DNA of 33,224 nucleotides from Acidobacteriota bacterium (lineage in GTDB: Bacteria; Actinomycetota; Actinomycetes; Actinomycetales; Micrococcaceae), in contig JABBNV010000002.1 in NCBI GenBank assembly GCA_019352125.1, positions 4,823 to 38,046 on the forward strand, given 5' to 3'. Positions 15,387 to 24,879 of the stretch are shown here, piece after piece (position 1 is the stretch's first letter; every line of letters starts with the position of its first letter). Position numbers and translations under genes: made by a program. The notes beneath the pieces were generated by a model, which did not search any database, was not told where the DNA came from, and saw only the letters and a list, made by a program, of their open reading frames with translations.

Positions 15387-17072
15387 TCAGTTTTCCTGCA
15401 TGGGGATGCGGACGCCGCGCTCGGCAGCAATTTCCTTGGCACGGTCATAGCCCGCATCAACGTGGCGGATCACGCCCATCCCGGGATCATTGGTGAGCAG
15501 GCGCTCCAACTTTTGAGCGGCCAGTTCGGTGCCGTCAGCCACAGAGACCTGCCCTGCGTGGATGGAGCGGCCAATGCCTACCCCGCCGCCGTGGTGAATT
15601 GATACCCAGGTGGCACCCGAGGCGGTGTTGAGCAAGGCGTTCAGCAACGGCCAGTCCGCCACGGCGTCCGAACCGTCTGCCATGGCTTCGGTTTCGCGAT
15701 AGGGGGAGGCCACTGAACCGGAATCCAAGTGGTCCCGCCCAATCACGATCGGCGCTTTCACCTTGCCATCGGCTACCAGCTGGTTGAACAGCAAACCGGC
15801 CTTGGCCCGTTCGCCATACCCCAGCCAGCAGATGCGAGCCGGGAGACCCTCAAATTCCACGTGTTCTGCGGCGGCGTCCAGCCACTGGTGCAGATGCGTG
15901 TTCTCCGGGAAGAGCTCCTTCAACGCCGCATCCGTAACGGCAATGTCCTCGGGATCACCGGAGAGCGCCACCCAACGGAACGGGCCCAGCCCCTCGCAAA
16001 AGAGCGGGCGGATATAGGCCGGCACAAAGCCTGGGAATTCGAAAGCACGGGCATAGCCGCCCTTGCGCGCCTCATCGCGAATGGAGTTGCCGTAATCAAA
16101 AACCTCCGCGCCGGCGTCCTGGAAGTCCACCATGGCCTCCACCTGACGGGCCATTGAGTTCTGTGCCTTCTTAGTGAACCCTTCCGGATCCGCCTCAGCC
16201 TCGCGCTTCCACTCGTCCACGCTAATCCCCTCCGGCAGGTAGCTCAGCGGATCATGCGCACTGGTCTGGTCCGTGACGATATCCACAGTGAGCTCGCCTG
16301 CGCGGTGCCGCCGCAACAACTCGGGGAACACTTCCGCAGCGTTGCCCACGTATCCCACGGACAACGGCTTTTGGGCCTCTTTAGCGGCCTGCACCTTGGC
16401 AATGGCGGCATCCAAGTCAGTTTCGACGTCGTCCAAATAGCGCTTGCCCATGCGACGGCGCAACCGGGTCTCGTCCACGTCCACTACCAACGCTGCGCCC
16501 CCGTTGAGGGTCACGGCCAACGGCTGCGCGCCGCCCATGCCACCGCATCCACCGGTAAGCGTCAAGGTGCCAGCCAGCGTGCCGCCAAAACGCTTAACGC
16601 CGACGGCAGCAAAGGTCTCGTAGGTGCCCTGCAAAATGCCCTGCGTGCCAATGTAGATCCAAGAGCCCGCGGTCATTTGGCCGTACATCATCAGGCCCTC
16701 AGCCTCGAGGCGGCGGAACTCAGGCCAGGTGGCCCAGTCGCCCACCAGGTTGGAATTCGCCAGCAATACTCGTGGCGCCCACTCATTAGTGCGGAAGACG
16801 CCCACAGGCTTACCGGATTGGATCAGCAGCGTTTCGTCCTTTTCCATGCCCTCCAGCGTGCGGGTGATGGCATCAAAAGCTGCCCAGCTCCGCACAGCGC
16901 GGCCTGTTCCGCCGTACACCACCAACTCATCCGGGCGCTCAGCAACTTCCGGGTCCAAGTTGTTCATCAGCATCCGCAAGGGAGCCTCTGTTTGCCAGCT
17001 CTTAGCCGTCAGGGTGGTGCCACGAGCGGCGCGGACGGGACGAGCTCCGGTGGTGAAATCTGCGGGGGCCAT
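15387..17072 (-). CDS. hutU: urocanate hydratase
   Basis: Characteristic urocanase sequence throughout (..[24 protein letters not shown]..., [13 protein letters not shown], ..RHVDAGY). ATG 17072 (MAPADF) has a GAAGGA SD 7 nt upstream. The ORF-track start at 17087 lacks one. Confidence 0.95.
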   Translation of the reverse strand: MAPADFTTGARPVRAARGTTLTAKSWQTEAPLRMLMNNLDPEVAERPDELVVYGGTGRAVRSWAAFDAITRTLEGMEKDETLLIQSGKPVGVFRTNEWAPRVLLANSNLVGDWATWPEFRRLEAEGLMMYGQMTAGSWIYIGTQGILQGTYETFAAVGVKRFGGTLAGTLTLTGGCGGMGGAQPLAVTLNGGAALVVDVDETRLRRRMGKRYLDDVETDLDAAIAKVQAAKEAQKPLSVGYVGNAAEVFPELLRRHRAGELTVDIVTDQTSAHDPLSYLPEGISVDEWKREAEADPEGFTKKAQNSMARQVEAMVDFQDAGAEVFDYGNSIRDEARKGGYARAFEFPGFVPAYIRPLFCEGLGPFRWVALSGDPEDIAVTDAALKELFPENTHLHQWLDAAAEHVEFEGLPARICWLGYGERAKAGLLFNQLVADGKVKAPIVIGRDHLDSGSVASPYRETEAMADGSDAVADWPLLNALLNTASGATWVSIHHGGGVGIGRSIHAGQVSVADGTELAAQKLERLLTNDPGMGVIRHVDAGYDRAKEIAAERGVRIPMQEN

Positions 17073-17086
17073 GATCGAATCCTTCA

Positions 17087-17136
17087 TTTAGTGGGGAACA
17101 GTTATGTGCTTACCTCCACTAAACCCTCTTCACTAA
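17087..17136 (-). promoter_or_regulatory. TTAGTG repeat cluster upstream of hutU (candidate operator or 5'-UTR hairpin)
   Basis: On the minus strand: TTAGTG (17131-17136), TTTAGTGGAGG (17113-17123) and the inverted copy CCCCACTAAA (17087-17096). The latter two can form an approximately 10-bp interrupted stem just 5' of the SD. Confidence 0.25.
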
Positions 17137-17206
17137 CCGCTGGGTATGCCGCTGGGCCGGAGCATGTCCGGCATCCCAGACTTTGCCCTCTGCGTTAGGC
17201 GCAGGG

Positions 17207-18010
17207 CTAACCGTCAGCAGCTTGGGGGCGCCCGTAAATGCGGTGCGAGAGCTCGCGGGCAACCCTGCTCACCCGTTCGGCCAGCTCCGGCAAGCTTTCC
17301 ACCGGGACCCTGTCCTGCTCGAATGTCACAGCCACGGCAGCCGTCGGCCAGTTCACGTGGTCAGTGACGGCTACCGCAATGGACCCAAAGCCCGGCGTCA
17401 CCTCGCCGTGTTCTTCCGCGTAGCCACGGATCCGCACCTGATCCAAATGCTTGGACAGCACTGAGTACTTTTCAATAGTGGTGCCACTCTGGTTCCTGCT
17501 GCTGAATGCCGCGTCGTTTGGATACAGCGCCCGCACTTGAGCCTTTGGCAATGCGGCCAGAATCGCGCGGCCACTGGCCGTGAGGTGGCTCGGCAAGCGC
17601 ACGCCTACATCCGTCACCAATGACGGTCGGTTCTTGGCTCGCTCCTCCACAATGTAGAGCACGTCGCGACCGTGCAGGATGGCCAGGTGCGCGCTCTCGC
17701 CCACGGTGTCCACCAAGGCCGCCAGCAATGGCCGCCCCAGCCGGGAAAGTGGCTCCTGCCGCGAATAGGCACTGCTGAGTTCAAAGGCACCGATGCCCAA
17801 GCCGTAGCGTTTTTCCTCATGCAGGTGCAGCACAAAGCCGTTATCCGCCATGACCCCCAGCAGGTGATACGCGGTAGAGCGCGGGATACCCAAGCTGGCA
17901 GCGATGGTACTGGCGGCAACGGGGCCACGCTTGCTGGCCAGCAGTTTCAGGATGCGGAGCGTACTTTCAGCAGCCGGGACCTTGGACGCTGGCCTGGCCG
18001 GCCCGCTCAT
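17207..18010 (-). CDS. IclR family transcriptional regulator (candidate hut regulator)
   Basis: N-terminal wHTH (ESTLRILKLLAS..GPVAASTIAASLGIPRSTAYHLLGVMADNGFV) plus a C-terminal IclR effector domain. ATGA overlap with the upstream SDR (18007-18010). hutU is immediately downstream. IclR-type HutR is known in corynebacteria. Confidence 0.85.
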   Translation of the reverse strand: MSGPARPASKVPAAESTLRILKLLASKRGPVAASTIAASLGIPRSTAYHLLGVMADNGFVLHLHEEKRYGLGIGAFELSSAYSRQEPLSRLGRPLLAALVDTVGESAHLAILHGRDVLYIVEERAKNRPSLVTDVGVRLPSHLTASGRAILAALPKAQVRALYPNDAAFSSRNQSGTTIEKYSVLSKHLDQVRIRGYAEEHGEVTPGFGSIAVAVTDHVNWPTAAVAVTFEQDRVPVESLPELAERVSRVARELSHRIYGRPQAADG

Positions 18011-18768
18011 TTGGCGGACCAGCCCCCGTCCATGGTGTAACTAGCCCCAGTCACCATCGCGGCATTGTCCGCAGCCAACCAGGCCACCAAAGATGCCACT
18101 TCGGCGGGCTCCACCAAGCGTTTGATAGCTGCCTCTGTGAGCATTACCTTTTCCAACACCTCTGACTCTTCAATTCCGTGAGCCTTGGCCTGGTCAGCAA
18201 TCTGGGCTTCCACCAGCGGTGTCCGGACGTAGCCGGGATTCACGCAATTGGAGGTCACCCCATGCGGGCCGCCTTCCAACGCGGTGACCTTGCTAAGGCC
18301 TTCCAACCCGTGCTTGGCACTGACATAGGCGCTCTTGAAGGGGCTGGCACGCAATCCGTGTACGGAAGAAATATTGATGATGCGGCCAAATTCCTTGGCA
18401 TACATGGAGGGCAGGGCCGCCCTGATCAGCAGGAACGGCGCCTCCAACATCAGCGTGAGAATGCGGCGAAAATCTGCTGGCGCAAAGTCCTCGATGGGGC
18501 TCACAGTTTGGATTCCGGCGTTGTTGACCAGGATGTCCGTTTCCAGAGTCAGGTCCTCCAGCGCGGCGGTATCCAACAAATCCACCGCCCAGGCCCGGCC
18601 ACCCACTTCTTTGGCTAAGGACTCTGCCGCTGCTCCGTTGAGATCCGCCACCGTGACTGTGGCGCCAGCTGCGGCTAGGGCATGAACAACCGCCGCCCCA
18701 ATCCCGGATGCCCCGCCGGTGACCAATGCTGTACGGCCGGCCAGCGGCCCAGCACTCGATGTATTCAT
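18007..18768 (-). CDS. SDR, 3-hydroxybutyrate dehydrogenase-like
   Basis: TGGASGIGAA cofactor motif, NNAGIQ, catalytic YVSAKHG, and a C-terminal ...TGASYTMDGGWSAK very like BdhA proteins. AAGGAG SD upstream. Confidence 0.8.
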   Translation of the reverse strand: MNTSSAGPLAGRTALVTGGASGIGAAVVHALAAAGATVTVADLNGAAAESLAKEVGGRAWAVDLLDTAALEDLTLETDILVNNAGIQTVSPIEDFAPADFRRILTLMLEAPFLLIRAALPSMYAKEFGRIINISSVHGLRASPFKSAYVSAKHGLEGLSKVTALEGGPHGVTSNCVNPGYVRTPLVEAQIADQAKAHGIEESEVLEKVMLTEAAIKRLVEPAEVASLVAWLAADNAAMVTGASYTMDGGWSAK

Positions 18769-18812
18769 GAAATCTCCTTGCAGTTGGATGTGGTTGGTGC
18801 AATCAAATCTGG

Positions 18813-19631
18813 CTAAGCGGGGTCCGTCAAGACCGGCAAGTGCTGCGAAAAGGCACGAACCTGCGCATCGCCTAGTAACTGCGCTGGCATGGCACCGCTG
18901 AGCAGCTTTCGTGGCAGCGTGGGCGCCGTGCCGAAGGGCTGGTCACTTCCGGCAATAATGATGTTCCCGTAACGACGTCCCTTGAGCATGGGCGGGTCCG
19001 CAATAATCACGGTGTGGGGAAAGCTTGCCGCAATGGTGGCAGCCTCACGCCGCGCTGTACTCAGACTGGGTGCGTCACCGCAATTAACAACGTAGATTCC
19101 ACCAGGTGCAAGTACTCTACGTGCGTGAGCGGTGAATTCCATGGTGGTCAGTGGGACCGGGGTAAAGGAACCGGAGAAGACGTCCCGGATGATCAGGTCT
19201 CTGCTGTCCTCGGTCAGGGACTGCGTTACTTCCCGCGCCTCACCCACCCGAATCTTCAACAGCGGCGCCCGGGGAAGATCGAACCAGTCCCGCACGAGTG
19301 CCGCCAATTTCCCGTCTATCTCCACCACTGTGTTGCGAGAGTTAGGGTATGCGGCCACCAGGTAGCGTGCCATGGAACATGCTGCGCCACCCAGATGGAG
19401 GGCTCGCAGCTTAGTCTCGGCCGCCCAGTGGCTCTCCACCAGAGCCATGATCCAGCGCATGTACTCGAATTCCAATCGCAGCGGATCCGCCAGATCCACA
19501 TGGGAGCTCTGGGCTCCATTGATTTTCAGCAGCCACCCGTTCGGATTGTCGTCGTCGGGAATCAACTCGCAATCCCCCGTGTCCGTGTAGTGGATGCCTG
19601 CCACCGGGCCACCCGTAGGTTTACTGGCCAT
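18813..19631 (-). CDS. spermidine-synthase-like class I methyltransferase-fold protein
   Basis: ...NGAQSSHVDLADPLRLEFEYMRW...LHLGGAACSMARYL....VVEIDG.L..L.R.WF matches the spermine/spermidine synthase-like family pattern. The start was chosen at MASKPTG (19631) to avoid a 38-nt overlap. No clear SD, so the start is uncertain. Confidence 0.65.
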   Translation of the reverse strand: MASKPTGGPVAGIHYTDTGDCELIPDDDNPNGWLLKINGAQSSHVDLADPLRLEFEYMRWIMALVESHWAAETKLRALHLGGAACSMARYLVAAYPNSRNTVVEIDGKLAALVRDWFDLPRAPLLKIRVGEAREVTQSLTEDSRDLIIRDVFSGSFTPVPLTTMEFTAHARRVLAPGGIYVVNCGDAPSLSTARREAATIAASFPHTVIIADPPMLKGRRYGNIIIAGSDQPFGTAPTLPRKLLSGAMPAQLLGDAQVRAFSQHLPVLTDPA

Positions 19632-19665
19632 TGATGCGCAACGTGAAAGACAACATAGAGCAACT

Positions 19666-19980
19666 CTAGCTTTGCCGCTCCAGTGCAGCCTCCAGGCGGT
19701 CAATCTTGGCGGTCAATTCTCCGGAATATCCGGTGCGGATATCCGCCTTGAGCACCAGCGCTACGCGTGACCCATAGCGCCCGGCTGCCTCGGTGGCTCG
19801 CTTCACGACATCCATCACTTCATCCCATTCTCCTTCTATCTCGGTGAACATGGACGAGGTGTGGTTAGGCAGGCCAGACTCCCGCACAATTTTCACAGCC
19901 GCTGCCACCGCGTCGTGTACGGACCCTGTGGCGTCAACCTCTCCGGACCCGGACGGTGCTACTGAAAATGCAACCAGCAT
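19666..19980 (-). CDS. MTH1187/YkoF family (DUF77) thiamine-binding-like protein
   Basis: 104 aa. MLVAFSVAPSG...SVHDAVAAAVKIVRESGL.....MFT.IEGEWDEVM.VVK is the typical family opening. Confidence 0.75.
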   Translation of the reverse strand: MLVAFSVAPSGSGEVDATGSVHDAVAAAVKIVRESGLPNHTSSMFTEIEGEWDEVMDVVKRATEAAGRYGSRVALVLKADIRTGYSGELTAKIDRLEAALERQS

Positions 19981-20067
19981 AATGACTCTCCTCTATGCGC
20001 TCCCGCGATACTTCACGGTGTGGGTTATTCCTTGCTCCAGTGTGTCACTGCTCGGTAGTGTGGGCAG

Positions 20068-20700
20068 GTGTCAACTTCACAATCTAGACCTTTGCGCGCC
20101 GACGCCGTCCGCAATCTGGAAAAGATTCTTGCCTCGGCCAGGGAATGCTTTCAACTCCGGGGCCCTACCGTGTCATTACAGACCATTGCGGACCACGCTC
20201 AACTGGGAGCGGCAACCCTCTTTCGGAATTTTACTGACAAGGATCACCTGATCCTCACCGCCATGGATCAGCAGCTCCGCCTCCGCGTGGATCCAGTAGC
20301 CGAGGCGGCGTTGGCCTCTGATGATCCGTGCAAAGGCTTCTTCGACATTCTGCGCACCATCATGGACGTCGCCGTCACGGAGCTGAACATGCTTCATGCG
20401 CTGTCCGGCACCCGGGATGTACTGGCGGATATTAATTTGACCGTCTTGGCCGCCTTATCCACCTTGCTGGGCCGAGCACAAGCAGCAGGAACGATGCGTG
20501 CGGACCTGGCACCGGGCGATATTGCCCCGCTGATTGCCATGCTGATTGCCGCGGTTGAACTCGGGACCGCAGAAGCGCCTATCTGGCCGCGTTACATGTC
20601 CCTCCTGGCCGACGCCGTCACGCTACAAACGAGCCACGGCCAGCTCCCGGATGCCCCACCCATCGACGAATTTGATCCTGCACGGCGCCTGTCCCGATGA
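20068..20700 (+). CDS. TetR/AcrR family transcriptional regulator
   Basis: The N-terminal HTH is RADAVRNLEKILASARECF...G..VSLQTIADHAQLGAATLFRNFTDKDHL. GTG start. It is divergent from the MTH1187 gene. Confidence 0.8.
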   Translation: MSTSQSRPLRADAVRNLEKILASARECFQLRGPTVSLQTIADHAQLGAATLFRNFTDKDHLILTAMDQQLRLRVDPVAEAALASDDPCKGFFDILRTIMDVAVTELNMLHALSGTRDVLADINLTVLAALSTLLGRAQAAGTMRADLAPGDIAPLIAMLIAAVELGTAEAPIWPRYMSLLADAVTLQTSHGQLPDAPPIDEFDPARRLSR

Positions 20701-20720
20701 GGTACCTTTGCTAAAAAGAA

Positions 20721-21026
20721 CTAGGGCATTCCCGCAAGCCGCAGCAATGCCGCGGCTGCAGCGCCCACCACTACAACCACCAGAAACGGTGCCTTGAACC
20801 ACAGGGCAACACCCGCCGCGAGTAGGGCTCCGATTCTGGCATCGAGCGTCACGGCCGTTCCGCTGGCCACCGTGTTAATCATGGTCAATGAGGCCAACAA
20901 GCCGATGGTCAATGTACCGGCCACACGCTCCATCCGGGGGTGCTTCATCCACGAAGCTGGCACCAGGTAGCCGAGCAGCTTGGTTGCAAACACAGCTGCT
21001 GACGCAGCCAGGATCCACCACCACAC
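20721..21026 (-). CDS. azlD: AzlD-like branched-chain amino acid exporter small subunit
   Basis: 101 aa, three or four TM helices. It lies immediately after the AzlC-like gene; its GTG start overlaps the azlC stop by 1 nt. Confidence 0.7.
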   Translation of the reverse strand: MWWWILAASAAVFATKLLGYLVPASWMKHPRMERVAGTLTIGLLASLTMINTVASGTAVTLDARIGALLAAGVALWFKAPFLVVVVVGAAAAALLRLAGMP

Positions 21027-21745
21027 TAGGCCTGACCTCCCGCGGGATAGGGATCCAGATCAGGTTCCAAACCGTCCGTTTCGTGTCCATTCCGGAACCA
21101 ACCGATGGCTCCAGCCACCACAGCAGCCACCAAAATAGGAACCCCTGGTGGCACAAATGGCACCACCAGTACCGTCACCACGGCACAAAGAACGGCTATG
21201 GCAGCGGGTTGTCTGGCCTTGACACGTGGCCACAGTAGTCCAAGAAAAGCCGCAACTGCAGCCCCGTCCAGGCCCCACTGTTTGGGGTCCCCCAGTGCAT
21301 TCCCGGCCAACGCACCCACCGCAGTAAAGATGTTCCAGAGTATGAAGATGCCAACTCCCGCAACCCAAAACCCCCTGCGTCGCTCAGCTGGATCCGTTTG
21401 CCCCGTACTGGTGGCAGTACTCTCATCAATAGTCACCTGCGCCATCAAGACCTTCTTGCCAGCCCGCGGCTGTAATAGCGCGTTGAGTTGCATCGCGTAC
21501 ACGCCGTTGCGGATACCCAGCAGGGCTGCGGCACTCAGTGCTGCGACCCCACTGCCGCCGCCCGCCAACACGCCCACGAAGGCATATTGGGAGCCACCAG
21601 AAAACATCAGCAGGCTTAGCGCCATGGTTTGCCAAAAGCTCAACCCTGCGGCCACCGAAAGCGCCCCAAAAGAGATCCCATACAACCCTGTGGCAAGGCT
21701 GATGGATAGCCCCACCTTGACGGCCGGGGATTGCCAGAACGTCAT
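21026..21745 (-). CDS. azlC: AzlC family branched-chain amino acid exporter subunit
   Basis: Polytopic protein with ...GISFGALSVAAGLSFWQTMALSLLMFSGGSQYAFVG.., typical of AzlC. The start was placed at ATG 21743-21745, which forms an ATGA overlap with the upstream stop. Confidence 0.8.
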   Translation of the reverse strand: MTFWQSPAVKVGLSISLATGLYGISFGALSVAAGLSFWQTMALSLLMFSGGSQYAFVGVLAGGGSGVAALSAAALLGIRNGVYAMQLNALLQPRAGKKVLMAQVTIDESTATSTGQTDPAERRRGFWVAGVGIFILWNIFTAVGALAGNALGDPKQWGLDGAAVAAFLGLLWPRVKARQPAAIAVLCAVVTVLVVPFVPPGVPILVAAVVAGAIGWFRNGHETDGLEPDLDPYPAGGQA

Positions 21746-22140
21746 GGCTTTCGTAGGCTCCATGCCCACATCACCAAGGGAACTTGCAGGGGTAGCCGGA
21801 TTGAGTGGATGACCTTGCTGCGCTTGTCCCCGCGTGGCCCCACGGCTCGCTGCAACGCCGAAATATGCCCGGCCGTAAAGCCTACATACATGGCTGCTGT
21901 GGCGGTGGCAGCAACCTTACGCGTGCCAGGAACAAGCAGTCCAAAGACCGCCGCCCCCTCGAGGACTGCACTTACCGCTACCCACTCACGCCGCGTCATC
22001 ACGCCGCAGACGCCCTGGGTATCAGTGCACAGGCTCCGCGGGACCACCGGAAAATAAAACTCCGGGTTGGTGACGTGATTGAGCGTGCTGGCGCCCAACA
22101 ATCCAGCCATGGCTAGGAGACTAAGGGTTTTCGCTTTCAT
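21742..22140 (-). CDS. DoxX-like family membrane protein
   Basis: 132 aa. ...NHVTNPEFYFPVVP......REWVAVSAVLEGAAVFGLLVPGTRK.AA...AAMYVGFTAGHI matches my recollection of the DoxX-like (PF13564) pattern. ATGA overlap with the GH15 stop. Confidence 0.55.
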   Translation of the reverse strand: MKAKTLSLLAMAGLLGASTLNHVTNPEFYFPVVPRSLCTDTQGVCGVMTRREWVAVSAVLEGAAVFGLLVPGTRKVAATATAAMYVGFTAGHISALQRAVGPRGDKRSKVIHSIRLPLQVPLVMWAWSLRKP

Positions 22141-23945
22141 GCGTGTCGTTCTCTGCTCAGTAGTTCAGTCCCCGCAAGAGCATCAGCAGCGCGGACAAGG
22201 GCAAGATGAGAAAAGGCTTGGGGAAAATTGCCCACCATGCGCTTATCCCGGACGTTGTACTCTTCGCTCAGCAGACCCACGTCATTGCTGAGCCCCACCA
22301 GCATATCCATGAGTGCCGTAGCCTCCTGGTGACGATGGGTATGCGCGTATTGTTCAACCAGCCAAAACGAGCATGCCAAAAACGGGTGTTCACCCGGCTC
22401 CAAACCGTCCACGCCAGTCTCCGTGCGGTAGCGCAGGAGCAGGCCCTCTTCCCCAAGTAATTCACGCTCAATGGCCGCCACCGTGCCCAACATGTGCGGA
22501 TCGTCATAGGCTAAGAAGCCCACCTGTGGAATCACCAGCAGCGAGGCATCCGTAGCGGCGCCGTCGTACGTTTGGGTGAACGTGTTCAACTCAGTATTGA
22601 AACCATGCGCCATGATTTCCTGACGCAATGCATCACGATGGCGTTCCCAGCATTCCACGGGACCGTCCAGACCGTGTTCGCGCACGCCGCGCACGGCGGA
22701 GTCAAAGGCGGCCCACATCAGCACTCGCGAATGCGTGAAGTACTGCAAGGCACCCCGCATCTCCCAGAGGCCGTTATCCTTTTCGTCGATGCGCTTTTCA
22801 ACAAAGCTCATCAGCGAGCGCTGCAGCGGCCAGGAGAAGTGATCTTCCGTGCCCCCTGCCTCGCGGAGTTTTTGGAGCGAGACCATGACTTCACCCACCA
22901 CATCAGCCTGGTATTGCCCCACGGCACCGTTGCCCACCCGAACTGGGCGGGAATTCTCATAACCCGTGAGATGTGGTAGCTCCTCCTCCACCAGAGTGCG
23001 TTCTCCGGCAAGGCCGTACATGATTTGCAGGTCATCCGGGTCCCCGGCTACGGCGCGCAGCAGCCAATTTCGCCACTTCAGCGCTTCGTCCTCAAAACCG
23101 TGGGTCAGCATTGACTCCAGCGTCAGCGCCGCATCTCGCAACCAACAGTAGCGGTAGTCCCAATTTCGGCTACCGCCCAAGTCCTCCGGGAGGGACGTGG
23201 TGGGCGCGGCCACTATGCCGCCCGTGTCCTCATGGGTGAGCGCGCGCAGCACCAGCAGAGAACGCACCACGGCCGCCGAGTGCTTGCCTGCATCCGTACA
23301 ACCGTCTGCCCAGCGTTGCCAGTAGTCGATTGTTTCGGTCAGCGCATGATCAATATTGATACCTGCCGGGATGGACCGATGGGAGGGGTACCACGTCAGC
23401 TCTAGATCAACCGTGTCCCCTGCGGTAACAATGAATTCCCCGGCATGGGCATGATCTTTGGCCGTAGGCAGTTTCCCGCCCCGCAATGCCAAGGCATTCG
23501 GGCCGGCGACGGCTAGCAACACCGGGTGCCCGTCGTCGTCCTTCATCCTGCTGACCCAAGGAACTACCCTGCCGTAATCGAAGCGCATCTTGAGCTCTTG
23601 GCGCATTTTTACCGCACCACGCAGGCCCTCAATCCGCCGCACCAAGGAGGCTCGGCGATCCCCCACCGGCATGAAATCGGTAACCAGCACCTCACCGTCC
23701 GCATCCGCCCACTCGGTTTCCAACACAAAGGTGTTGGACACGTAACTGCGCCGAACCACTGTTGCCTCGGTGGAGGCGGGTGCCACCAGCCAGCGACCGT
23801 CATCGTCCGTGCCCAGCAGCGCAGCAAATACTGACGGCGAGTCAAAGCGGGGGAAGCTCAGCCAGTCCACGCTGCCAGTTTTAGAGACCAGCGGGCCGGA
23901 GTGCATGTCCGAAAGTAGTGCGTAATCGTCGATCCGTGAGGCCAT
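22137..23945 (-). CDS. glycoside hydrolase family 15 protein (glucoamylase/trehalase-like)
   Basis: 602 aa. The opening IDDYALLSDMHSGPLVSKTGSVDWLSFPRFDSPSVFAALLG and later WDYRYCWLRDA are hallmark GH15 actinobacterial sequences. Confidence 0.9.
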   Translation of the reverse strand: MASRIDDYALLSDMHSGPLVSKTGSVDWLSFPRFDSPSVFAALLGTDDDGRWLVAPASTEATVVRRSYVSNTFVLETEWADADGEVLVTDFMPVGDRRASLVRRIEGLRGAVKMRQELKMRFDYGRVVPWVSRMKDDDGHPVLLAVAGPNALALRGGKLPTAKDHAHAGEFIVTAGDTVDLELTWYPSHRSIPAGINIDHALTETIDYWQRWADGCTDAGKHSAAVVRSLLVLRALTHEDTGGIVAAPTTSLPEDLGGSRNWDYRYCWLRDAALTLESMLTHGFEDEALKWRNWLLRAVAGDPDDLQIMYGLAGERTLVEEELPHLTGYENSRPVRVGNGAVGQYQADVVGEVMVSLQKLREAGGTEDHFSWPLQRSLMSFVEKRIDEKDNGLWEMRGALQYFTHSRVLMWAAFDSAVRGVREHGLDGPVECWERHRDALRQEIMAHGFNTELNTFTQTYDGAATDASLLVIPQVGFLAYDDPHMLGTVAAIERELLGEEGLLLRYRTETGVDGLEPGEHPFLACSFWLVEQYAHTHRHQEATALMDMLVGLSNDVGLLSEEYNVRDKRMVGNFPQAFSHLALVRAADALAGTELLSRERHA

Positions 23946-23949
23946 TCCT

Positions 23950-24804
23950 CTACCTAATCACACCTCGTACTGCGGCAGGATCATTAGCAGTGATCTCGTG
24001 GATACCCAGTGAGACGCAGAGATCCACATCCTCCGGAGCATCAACAGTCCAGACGCGGAACCTTCGCCCTGCGGTAAGCCACGTCTGAATCCTCTCCGGA
24101 TGGCGCCGAACATAGTCAATTCCCGGCCCCGCCAGACCAACCGTTCCGTCGTCAAGATTTCGTTCTGCCCGCTCTAAAGACTTCTTCACTAGAAGGGCAA
24201 GCGCCGCATTGGCAACCGGCCCCAAGTCCAGGGACGCGGCAATATCCTCCGCGTCCACGTCGTCAACCAACTGGCACAGCTGATCCCCCGAAACGTAATT
24301 GGCCATCGTTTCCAAGGAATCGGGGGAAAAACTCATGAAGGAAATCACCACATTGCCAAGTTTTGACCCCTCGGCTACCCAACCTCTGCTGATCAGCACC
24401 GCCAACGTGGCTTGTTCAAGCGCAGCGTCAAAAGAGACCGAATGCTTGAATTCAATAGCCAGTCCAATGTCACGGCCCGCTGCCAAGAGAATGTCCAGCA
24501 GTTCACTCAGTGTCAGGAGTTGCCGGCTGACCCCACCAAATTCATCCGGTATCTGCGCGCCCTTCCACGAGCAGAAATCCAACTCCCGCAACTCATTCAA
24601 GGTGTGTTCGGTGACATCCCCGAAACCGTTAGAAGTCCTCTCCAGCGTGTCATCGTGGATCAAGACCACCTGGCCGTCCTGCGTGAGGTGAACGTCGCAC
24701 TCAACGCCATCGGCGCCGTCGGCCAATGCCTGCATATAGGCGGCCCGAGTGTGTTCAGCAAAATGGGTGCTGGCGCCGCGGTGGGCGTAGATCAATGGCT
24801 TCAT
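23950..24804 (-). CDS. glycerophosphodiester phosphodiesterase
   Basis: The GDPD motif is IYAHRGAS...EHT.AAY..A...GADGVECDVHLT.DG..VLIHDDTLERTSNG. Confidence 0.9.
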   Translation of the reverse strand: MKPLIYAHRGASTHFAEHTRAAYMQALADGADGVECDVHLTQDGQVVLIHDDTLERTSNGFGDVTEHTLNELRELDFCSWKGAQIPDEFGGVSRQLLTLSELLDILLAAGRDIGLAIEFKHSVSFDAALEQATLAVLISRGWVAEGSKLGNVVISFMSFSPDSLETMANYVSGDQLCQLVDDVDAEDIAASLDLGPVANAALALLVKKSLERAERNLDDGTVGLAGPGIDYVRRHPERIQTWLTAGRRFRVWTVDAPEDVDLCVSLGIHEITANDPAAVRGVIR

Positions 24805-24879
24805 GGCATTACGTTATGTCATCACACTGTGTACAAACCCGAGCACCAGATGAAGTCCACCTTAACTTAGGCTTACTGT

